Assembly (NCBI GenBank): GCA_964618995.1
Contig: CAZUBQ010000002.1
Location: forward strand, 25,352 to 89,351
Direction of reading: 5' to 3'
DNA length: 64,000 nt
Source: an uncultured Candidatus Poseidoniales archaeon
GTDB taxonomy: Archaea > Thermoplasmatota > Poseidoniia > Poseidoniales > Thalassarchaeaceae
Each line of letters begins with the position of its first letter. Position 1 is the first letter of the stretch. Shown piece by piece: positions 56,700 to 64,000 of this stretch. A program made the position numbers and the translations under genes. The notes below the pieces were generated by a model. That model did no database searches and was not told the DNA's origin. It worked only from the letters and a program-made list of their open reading frames with translations.

Positions 56700-58721
56700 C
56701 TAACCGCCGGGTTCCTTGTTGTCCGATGTCTGCTCGAGTTCCGCGTCATGCGGGGCGTCATCTCCACCCATCGGCCATAGGCCGGCCTCCTGCCAACCAC
56801 CGTGCTTCTGCCTCGCGTTGGCGACCATCAGCCCGGTGATCACCACTCCGATGAGCAACAGCAGCACCAGCGCTGCGAGGAAGAACACCAGACCGGAAAG
56901 CCCACCCGCGTCATCGGTGACAGAGATTGGTTGTTCACCCATCACATGGAGGTGAACCACAGCGTTGGTCGAGGAGTTGTCGTCCTTGATAGCGCGCAGC
57001 ATGATCGTCTGGTTTCCCGTCAGGTTGTTACCCGGCAGGTAGCGCAGCCGGTCGAGCAGCATCTCATGAGTCACTTCAACCGAGGTCTCTCCCGGTTCGT
57101 AATGCGGGTGGTCGGACCAGTAGTCGCGCATGTCCCATGTGCGCCACTGGATCTTCATCGGACCACCCAGAAGTGAGAAGACGACGCCTCCACCCGGGCC
57201 GATGTGCACCTTGTTGTCTCCTCCTATCTCGCTCACCAGTGATACGTTCATCGCCAGCGTCAGGCCGTAGACCTCGTTGGCCGCCTCCATCACCGCGGGA
57301 ACCGCCTCCACCTGCCCATGGCCGTAGACGTTGTTCTGCCGATTCTTGGGGATGAGATCCTCTACACAAGGCTCGTTGGCGGCCATATAGATGCACAAGC
57401 GATAGGTCGATGTCTCCTGCATGATGTTGCGCACATCGAACGGAGAAAGGTCGGGATTCGCCTGGTACATCAGCGCCGCCACTCCGGCGGCTCCAGGGGT
57501 CGCCATGCTCGTGCCGGACATCGCGGTGTAGCCGGTTCCGGTGTTGGCCTCGACCGACATCACGCTGCTGCCGACGAAGGCGATATTCGGCTTGATGCGC
57601 CCCTCCTCGGTCGGCCCTTGACTGGAATAGATTGCGATGGCGGTGTCCTTGTCGAGCGCCCCTACGGTGACGACATCCTCCGCACTCCCTGGTGTGCCAA
57701 TCTGGAATGAGACGGCGGAGTTGCCCGCGGCGATGAACAGCGAGATGCCGTTGCGCACCATCTCGTTGGCCATCCTGTTGACGCTGTCCTCCTCGGATGC
57801 GGTGAACTCTGACAGGCCCGGACCGCCGAGGCTCATGCTCGCCGCCCGGATGTTGAACTCATGCCGGTAGTCAACCGTCCACTGCATCCCACCCATGACC
57901 TGAGCAAAAGAACCCGACCCGCTCCCGCTGAGAACCTTCACCCCCACTAACTGCGCCTGTGGTGCCACCCCGATGTGCTCGTAGGTGGGTGCACCCGTGC
58001 CTGTGGTGATGCCCGCACAATGGCTCCCGTGTCCATGGTCGTCATATGGCTCGACATCGCTGCCGTTGACCTTGTCAGGGTTGTTGATGGCGTCGTAGAA
58101 GGCGATGACCTTCGGGTCGTATGTGCTGTTGTCATCATCCAGATCATCGATTCCCGAGTGATTGCCATCGATGCCGGTGTCGATGATAGCGACTACTGAG
58201 CCCGCGCCCGTGTAGCCGGTGTCCTCCCAGACTGTGGTGACGCCGTGCACCTCATTGACATCCTCCATGGCGATGGTGAGGATGCCATCCAGTTCCACCA
58301 TGACGACTCCCGGCAGGTTGGCCAAGGTACCCAGCCTGCTCACCTCGACGGGGCCGGCGAGAGCATCGATGAGCGGGAAGCGCCATTCAGTTTCGAAATT
58401 GACGTGGTCGGCGAGCATCTTCTCGTCTGCGGCGCTCGGTTGATGGTCGAAATCAACGATGACCCCGATACGCCCCTCGTCATCCACCCAGTCGTGCAAT
58501 TCGCTGGCAATCGCTATCGGAATCGCATCGGAGATGCCGTCACGGTCGCGATCCATGTTCGTAGTCTCCCACCACGGCTCCTCTTCGACGTCCGTGGGCA
58601 GTGGTGCCACTTCTGGCGTGACCGCCGCACCTAGGCTGGGCAGGAACAGGAGAGCGAACACCGCAAGGCTCGCCCACAGCATGCGGATGCGGCGCGATAC
58701 GTCACTACGACCGTCAATCAT
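56700..58721 (-). CDS. subtilisin-like serine protease (S8) with an N-terminal Sec signal, a C-terminal TM anchor and a short cytoplasmic tail
   Basis: AIIDTGIDGNHSGIDD (Asp), DDHGHGSHCAGITTG (His) and GTSMATPGAAGVAALM (Ser) are canonical S8 motifs. Signal MLWASLAVFALLFLPSLGAAV. TM GLVFFLAALVLLLLIGVVITGLMV. Confidence 0.8.
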   Translation of the reverse strand: MIDGRSDVSRRIRMLWASLAVFALLFLPSLGAAVTPEVAPLPTDVEEEPWWETTNMDRDRDGISDAIPIAIASELHDWVDDEGRIGVIVDFDHQPSAADEKMLADHVNFETEWRFPLIDALAGPVEVSRLGTLANLPGVVMVELDGILTIAMEDVNEVHGVTTVWEDTGYTGAGSVVAIIDTGIDGNHSGIDDLDDDNSTYDPKVIAFYDAINNPDKVNGSDVEPYDDHGHGSHCAGITTGTGAPTYEHIGVAPQAQLVGVKVLSGSGSGSFAQVMGGMQWTVDYRHEFNIRAASMSLGGPGLSEFTASEEDSVNRMANEMVRNGISLFIAAGNSAVSFQIGTPGSAEDVVTVGALDKDTAIAIYSSQGPTEEGRIKPNIAFVGSSVMSVEANTGTGYTAMSGTSMATPGAAGVAALMYQANPDLSPFDVRNIMQETSTYRLCIYMAANEPCVEDLIPKNRQNNVYGHGQVEAVPAVMEAANEVYGLTLAMNVSLVSEIGGDNKVHIGPGGGVVFSLLGGPMKIQWRTWDMRDYWSDHPHYEPGETSVEVTHEMLLDRLRYLPGNNLTGNQTIMLRAIKDDNSSTNAVVHLHVMGEQPISVTDDAGGLSGLVFFLAALVLLLLIGVVITGLMVANARQKHGGWQEAGLWPMGGDDAPHDAELEQTSDNKEPGG

Positions 58722-58798
58722 CTCGCTCGGTACATTGTGGCCGTAGACACGCCTTCAACCTGACCCTTCTCGGCGGCATACTGAAAATCCGGCCTCTG

Positions 58799-59869
58799 GT
58801 GTATGTCAGCATGCGCCCGCGGACGCGAACGGCTCCGTCGTCGATGGAAACCGGTTCAGCAGTGCTCGCGCTGCTGCTGGCCCTGCTGCTGTTCCCACTG
58901 CCCACGGCCAGCGCTGCCTCCTTCCGACTGGACGAGCCAATCTACCATAGCGGTGACGAGTTCGTCTATGAAGGGTACACAGTAGAACTGCTCAACCGTC
59001 TGCGAACCACCTGGGAGAGCGACGGCGACCTGCTGAGCGTAGAGGTAACGGCCTCGGAGGAGTTGACCGTGAGTCATCTCGGTAGCGAGGGCTGCAGCAT
59101 CCTAGGCTGGTCGGGTGACTGCGACCGAGCCCGGATCAGCCACTCTGTGAACGTCACCATCACTTGGGTGGAGAACACTACCGCGTTCACCAATGACACG
59201 CTGAACATGTCCATCGTGCATACTGCTGACCACTGGAAGGCGCGCGGTACCCATCGTTACGAGAAACTCGCTGCCGTGACCAACACCGAGACCTATTTCT
59301 CGGGCGGCGGTGAGGACAATGTCCTCGAACACGAACTTCGCAAGACAACCCAAACGGAGCGAGTGGGAGACTGGCCAGATGTCGTCGAGGTGCGAAGTTC
59401 GTGGGACGTGGAGATGTCCGAGACATCGAACGTGACTGAGCGCACACGGGAGAACAAAGGTCCGTGGTCGGAAAGTTGGCGGGACGAGATGAACACGCAG
59501 CAGGTGGCCTATCGAGCACTCAACCTGACGACGGTGCACTACGGAGTGGCCAACGAGAAGTCGCATGACACCATCATCATCCGCCGCGACCATCTGGGTG
59601 ACAACCTCACCTTCCACGACCACTTCAGGGAGGAGGGGTTCCTCGCTCGCACTGAGATGTACGATGGGGAGACCCTGCTGCTCTCCACTACATTGGTGGA
59701 GTACAGTTACTACGAAACAGAGCCGCATTCGCTGACCAGCAGCTCCAATTGGATGTTGCCGACGATTTTCGTCGGGCTTGTCGTTCTGGCGATTATCGCC
59801 GCCGGTGCTGCCTTAGCTGTCGTCAGTAGCGCACCGCGGGCTCGAAATCCTGAACAAGATGAGCCATGA
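58799..59869 (+). CDS. surface protein: signal peptide, ~300-aa ectodomain and one C-terminal TM
   Basis: Signal AVLALLLALLLFPLPTASA. TM PTIFVGLVVLAIIAAGAALAVV. Tail SSAPRARNPEQDEP. Confidence 0.5.
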   Translation: MYVSMRPRTRTAPSSMETGSAVLALLLALLLFPLPTASAASFRLDEPIYHSGDEFVYEGYTVELLNRLRTTWESDGDLLSVEVTASEELTVSHLGSEGCSILGWSGDCDRARISHSVNVTITWVENTTAFTNDTLNMSIVHTADHWKARGTHRYEKLAAVTNTETYFSGGGEDNVLEHELRKTTQTERVGDWPDVVEVRSSWDVEMSETSNVTERTRENKGPWSESWRDEMNTQQVAYRALNLTTVHYGVANEKSHDTIIIRRDHLGDNLTFHDHFREEGFLARTEMYDGETLLLSTTLVEYSYYETEPHSLTSSSNWMLPTIFVGLVVLAIIAAGAALAVVSSAPRARNPEQDEP

Positions 59870-61211
59870 CCTCGCTCGCCTCGGCGGCCAGCGAAAGTGC
59901 CCGAATCCTGAGCAAGCCGCCGATGGCACTCCCCTCGAGAGTCAGCGTGTCCACGCCGACGACCTGGCTGGACAGCATGATCGCCACGACACCGTGCGTC
60001 CCCCAATCGTACTCTGTCGGCGTGTCGTCCATGGAGTTGCCAATGGGCAGCATCAGGCGCGCCGTGCCGTTGGACACGGTCGACCAAGCAAGCGTCGTAC
60101 TTCCGTGATATACGATTCCAGACGCATTCGTCACCGGCTGCCCCGCCGAATCATTGACCCAGATGGTCAGGTTGACTTCAGCGTTCAATGGCGACCAGTC
60201 GGGTTGTACCGAGACCTCGATGACCTCGGCTGGTGAAGCAGGAGAGTATCCGCTCAGAACTAGTGTCGCGTTCACTCCGCCAAGTGCGATGTCGTCTGTC
60301 CAGCGATGCGTGTACTGGCGTACGGCAGGACACCACCAGCGCCATTCCTCAGGCTCTCCAGTTCCGTCGTGCATCCACACCTCAGTGCTGTTCTCACACC
60401 CGGGCCACGGGGAATCGACCTGCCTCGCCACGGAGAAGTCCCACTCCTCGTTGCTGTGCTCAGGCCCATCCGGAACCTCAATCAATCCACTCTCCCCGCC
60501 CGAGTAGTTGCTGGAGTGGTTAATCTCCTCGTACCAGGTGTCGTTGAGTGCTAGTGGGAAATCATAGAACTCCCTAGGCGGATCAAATACCGAATCCTCA
60601 GTGAAGTCGGTGATCTCGATATCAGGGCCTTCGATAATCACCTGCGGAGTGAAGGTGAATGCCAACCGCTTGGAGTAGCCGGTCATTGCCAAATCACCGA
60701 CGCGATACCATTCAGTCAGTTCGAACACCACATTGAGCGTGCCATCCACATCGCCGATGACCGGAGCGGGAAAGTCGCGCCCCTGGCCGACGAAGTTGCC
60801 ACTGGTGAAGGTCTGGTAGACCGGAGTCAGCACTCCGTCCACCTCCTGCTCCTGAATCGCCTGCACGGTCATCACGCCGGTACCGTACAGGAAGTCAAGT
60901 TCCGCACCCTCGAGTTCGGCGGTCTCCTCGACCATCTCGATCGCATCGAGTACGACATCGAAGGTCCACTGGTCTCCGACATTCCATACCGGTATATGCG
61001 CAGTCCAGTTCCACTGCACACTCTCGTTATCGGTCGTGTTATCCTGTGTAGCATTCCCCTCATCTTCGGTGCTGAAGGAGAACTCACTCATTGAGTGATT
61101 CACATGTGAACCGAGGGGGGAGGTGAACGAGGTGACCAATAGCAGGAGAAGCGCACAGGAAACTACCTGCCGTACACCACCCATGGCATGCCGAGGAGGA
61201 GGTTCGCACAT
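59823..61211 (-). CDS. secreted/extracellular protein (track extends to 61580; probable ATG at ~61184-61211 preceding the signal peptide VVSCALLLLLVTSFTSPLGS)
   Basis: The N-terminal 120 aa of the track ORF are Arg/Ser/Pro-rich and overlap a divergent gene, so they are probably not translated. The mature part is Trp/Asn/Thr-rich and beta-type. Confidence 0.5.
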   Translation of the reverse strand: MCEPPPRHAMGGVRQVVSCALLLLLVTSFTSPLGSHVNHSMSEFSFSTEDEGNATQDNTTDNESVQWNWTAHIPVWNVGDQWTFDVVLDAIEMVEETAELEGAELDFLYGTGVMTVQAIQEQEVDGVLTPVYQTFTSGNFVGQGRDFPAPVIGDVDGTLNVVFELTEWYRVGDLAMTGYSKRLAFTFTPQVIIEGPDIEITDFTEDSVFDPPREFYDFPLALNDTWYEEINHSSNYSGGESGLIEVPDGPEHSNEEWDFSVARQVDSPWPGCENSTEVWMHDGTGEPEEWRWWCPAVRQYTHRWTDDIALGGVNATLVLSGYSPASPAEVIEVSVQPDWSPLNAEVNLTIWVNDSAGQPVTNASGIVYHGSTTLAWSTVSNGTARLMLPIGNSMDDTPTEYDWGTHGVVAIMLSSQVVGVDTLTLEGSAIGGLLRIRALSLAAEASEVMAHLVQDFEPAVRY

Positions 61212-61282
61212 GAAGCGAGCGCCGTCTTGAAGCACAAATGGTCCTCCCTGACGTTTAAGCCACCATTCGTCATAGCGCAGCC

Positions 61283-62866
61283 ATGAGCAAACTGTGGGCG
61301 ATGTTCTTCCTGAGCATCCTGCTTGTGAGTGTGATGAACTTCTACGCAGAGGTTCGAGAACCCGACCGTGTGGACATAGCCGAAATCCACGAGCACATAC
61401 GTGAGTCGGTGAAAGTGCAGGGAGTGCTGACATCGTACGTACGCGATCCGTACTCCGATGGGTCAGACCGAATCGACCTACTGCTCGAGGATGAGTACAA
61501 CGTCGTGGAGATTCGCTGGACCGAGACCGGCATGCGCCAATCTGGCCGTGATGATGGACTTCCGGTGACCCTGCCGCCAATCGGAACAGTGGTCGAGGGA
61601 GTGGGGGAAGTCGTCGAATGGAACGGTAAGATATGGATTCAATCGCAGGGCGCGGGTGCCATCACCTACGATGCCAGTTGGGTGCCCGATGTTCACGTGC
61701 TCGACCTGACAGCACTTTCGCACAGTCCGAGTAATTACGCAGGCGACCTGATCACGCTCACTGGCTACGCCGGCGGAGTCATCGAAGCGAACATCACCCG
61801 TCAGACCTTCTCGCTGATGGATTCGCCCTCGTACAGCAACGCTGACCACATCGTGTCCGTATCGATGGAAGGGCGACTCACCCAGGCGCTCGAATCAGGC
61901 AGCAAGATCACAATTACCGGATGGCTGCGCTGGGACGAACGCTCGTTCCGCTGGCAATTGCAGACCCACGCCACGCAGATCGAAGTTCTGTGGGCGGCGG
62001 GAGCGAAGCGACTCTCATGGAGCTCGGACGCAGTCTATTGGTCGTACGATGTGGGTGCGTTGGTCACTCTGGAAGGGACGAGTTCCAATCAATCGGACGG
62101 TTGGTGGATTATGGGTCCGGGAGACGCGGGCGTGAATCGACTCTGCCTGCTGCCCTCACCTACTGACCAAGACGGTATCACACAGGACTGGACCGGCCGG
62201 CTGGTGTGGGAGGAACAGAAGGTGCAACTATGCCTCGACCACGGTTACGATGCTGAGTTCACCAACCCGACAGGAGAAATCGGCGAGGGTATGGTACCTC
62301 TGGGAGATGTGGTGCGCGACCCGAATGCGTATCGCAACCAGACGCTGAACTTCGAAGGTTGGAGCACCGACCCCATCTCTCCTGACTACAACAAGGGCTA
62401 CTTCGCCGACGGGCCTGACTACTTCACCCGCTCCACGCGCGTGCGCATGGTTCTCGAGGGTGCCCGGGCTGAATGGCTGGAAGCCGACACCATGGTGCGC
62501 ATCAACGCAACAGTCGTTTGGGATACTGCAGACGCACGTCTCATCCTACAGGTACACGCAATCACGGTCGTTGGGCCAACTCCCAACCCAATCACACTCT
62601 CCTGGACCGAGGGTTTCGATGACTGGCAATGGGACATCAACAAGCGGGTCAAAATCAGCGGTATCGCAACCAACGGTTCCAACGGAACGTTGTGGATTGC
62701 TCGCGAGGGGAGCGCCATCGGTGAACGACTCTGCCTGCTCGGTGACGGAACCGAACTTACTGCGCAGACCGCGGCAGGCTCGCAACCGCTTGACTGGGTA
62801 GGCCGGTTGACCACCGAAGAGAACGTGGCCGACCGAGAAGTGAAACTCTGTCTGGACCGTCGTTGA
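61283..62866 (+). CDS. secreted protein with a signal-anchor and four internal ~120-aa repeats (OB-fold/BOF-like?) carrying a recurring (R/K)LCL(L/D) motif
   Basis: N-terminal LWAMFFLSILLVSVMNFYA. Repeats end in ...NRLCLLPSP, ...VQLCLDHG, ...ERLCLLGDG and ...VKLCLDRR. Confidence 0.5.
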   Translation: MSKLWAMFFLSILLVSVMNFYAEVREPDRVDIAEIHEHIRESVKVQGVLTSYVRDPYSDGSDRIDLLLEDEYNVVEIRWTETGMRQSGRDDGLPVTLPPIGTVVEGVGEVVEWNGKIWIQSQGAGAITYDASWVPDVHVLDLTALSHSPSNYAGDLITLTGYAGGVIEANITRQTFSLMDSPSYSNADHIVSVSMEGRLTQALESGSKITITGWLRWDERSFRWQLQTHATQIEVLWAAGAKRLSWSSDAVYWSYDVGALVTLEGTSSNQSDGWWIMGPGDAGVNRLCLLPSPTDQDGITQDWTGRLVWEEQKVQLCLDHGYDAEFTNPTGEIGEGMVPLGDVVRDPNAYRNQTLNFEGWSTDPISPDYNKGYFADGPDYFTRSTRVRMVLEGARAEWLEADTMVRINATVVWDTADARLILQVHAITVVGPTPNPITLSWTEGFDDWQWDINKRVKISGIATNGSNGTLWIAREGSAIGERLCLLGDGTELTAQTAAGSQPLDWVGRLTTEENVADREVKLCLDRR

Positions 62867-62903
62867 GACCTGATGGCGTTTGGAGAACTTGTGAGGTGAA
62901 ACA

Positions 62904-63999
62904 ATGGAGGTGTGGCTGGCGGAATACCTCTGGTTGATGGGGGCGTTCTTCATCGGCGTCTTCCTCGGATGCATGACCGGCCTAATCCCCGGGTTCCACG
63001 TCAACAATGTAGCCCTCATTGCGCTCAGCATGTCGCCGCTGGCGGTGGGAATCGGAATCCCTCTGTCTGCGGTGGCAGCGATTATTGTGGCGATGGGCTG
63101 TGTGCACACCTTCCTCAACTACATTCCTAGCGCACTGGTTGGTGCCCCCGACGGTGACACCGCGCTCGCGCTGCTCCCGGGGCACCGCATGCTGCTCGCT
63201 GGTCACGCCACGCAGGGTGTCTGCTACTCGGCGCGCGGCTCGCAACTCGGAATGATACTCGCGGTATGTCTGCTGGGGTTCGCCCGCTTACTATTCGGCG
63301 TGGACCCCGGGCTCGGCCTGTACGCCGAGAGTCGGGAGCTCCTCCCGTGGCTGCTGCTGGGGATCTCGTCCTTCCTGATTCTCACGGAGACGACCAGACT
63401 GCCCTGGCCGATATGGATGCGCGCCATGAGCAAGTCGTGGAAATTCGAATTGGCGGGCCGGACAATCAATCTGAGTTTCGGTGAGGATTCAAGAGTCGCC
63501 GGCATACTGGCGGCCACTGGTTTCTTCCTTCTGTCCGGGTTCTACGGCTGGGCTGTATTCGAACTGCCAGGCCGCTCACCAGTTGGAATGCCGAACGCCA
63601 CCATGCTGATGCCTGGGCTTGCGGGCCTATTCGGTATCGCCAACCTGATTGACATCTACGTCACCACCTCCGAGATGCCTCCTCAGGAGGATGACTGGGA
63701 GATGCCCGCGATCAAACCACTGCTCATACCATGCTTCCTCTCATCGATCTGCGCTTCTGTGATGGCCATCCTTCCCGGGATGACCGCCGCTCAGGCGACT
63801 GTTGTAGTGATGAGCGCACGCAACTTCGTTGGTAAATGGAGGGATCCTGACTACATTCCCGCCGACTTCGAATACGGCCCTGGGCAGCAGGCGCACCCGG
63901 CGATGCTGGCGATGGCGGCTCGTCAAGAGGCTGAACAGGAGGCTGCAGGAGGCCCCCCGCCACTAGACCCATCTTCACCACCAGATGACTCCTTCTCCG
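62904..63999 (+). CDS. partial (3'-truncated by the window) polytopic membrane protein, TctA/DUF112-like
   Basis: ATG at 62904, open to the window end, absent from the track. Repeated Gly-x-x-Pro-G motifs on TM helices (GLIPGFHVNNVAL, LLPGHRML, LMPGLAGLFGIAN, ILPGMTAAQATVVVMSARN) as in DUF112/TctA permeases. Confidence 0.45.
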   Translation, partial: MEVWLAEYLWLMGAFFIGVFLGCMTGLIPGFHVNNVALIALSMSPLAVGIGIPLSAVAAIIVAMGCVHTFLNYIPSALVGAPDGDTALALLPGHRMLLAGHATQGVCYSARGSQLGMILAVCLLGFARLLFGVDPGLGLYAESRELLPWLLLGISSFLILTETTRLPWPIWMRAMSKSWKFELAGRTINLSFGEDSRVAGILAATGFFLLSGFYGWAVFELPGRSPVGMPNATMLMPGLAGLFGIANLIDIYVTTSEMPPQEDDWEMPAIKPLLIPCFLSSICASVMAILPGMTAAQATVVVMSARNFVGKWRDPDYIPADFEYGPGQQAHPAMLAMAARQEAEQEAAGGPPPLDPSSPPDDSFS

Positions 64000-64000
64000 C

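Noticed and set aside
1-64000. CRISPR arrays, transposases/IS elements, toxin-antitoxin pairs
   Set aside because: No regularly spaced short repeats were seen. No DDE/HUH transposase or integrase-like ORF. No small paired ORFs with TA-like features.

Overview
High-GC (~62%) archaeal chromosome segment. The proteins are strongly acidic, which indicates a 'salt-in' halophile (Halobacteria-like).

Housekeeping genes are scattered through the window:
- ribosomal protein S15
- archaeosine synthase ArcS
- DnaJ
- a GT2 glycosyltransferase
- a Pcp-NUDIX fusion
- an MBL-fold hydrolase
- PurD
- CDP-archaeol synthase
- tRNA-Met(CAU)
- an HD phosphohydrolase

From ~12.4 kb to ~62.9 kb the window is dominated by an unusually dense cell-surface island:
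- a 1825-aa and a 1915-aa secreted giant, the latter with thrombospondin-type-3-like DxDxDG-PDGWE calcium-binding repeats
- a 1493-aa parallel-beta-helix protein
- a 3271-aa protein whose core is an STT3/AglB oligosaccharyltransferase (DPWYxxR, DxD and WWDYG motifs) fused to a ~2200-aa ectodomain
- two membrane-anchored subtilisin-like (S8) proteases
- three consecutive proteins with archaeal type-IV-pilin/FlaF-FlaG-like N-termini
- a wHTH-NB-ARC(STAND)-TPR regulator
- many smaller single-pass surface proteins that share one architecture: Sec signal, ectodomain, a single C-terminal TM helix, and an acidic cytoplasmic tail. No PGF-CTERM sorting signals were seen.

The most unusual non-coding feature is a ~150-bp AT-rich island (~28% GC) with four copies of TGTATCAAT upstream of the beta-helix giant gene.

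No CRISPR array, transposase or integrase was recognised. Many long antisense 'shadow' ORFs in the six-frame track are artefacts of high GC. My own coordinate estimates (probable starts, motif positions, the tRNA) may be off by +/-1 nt.
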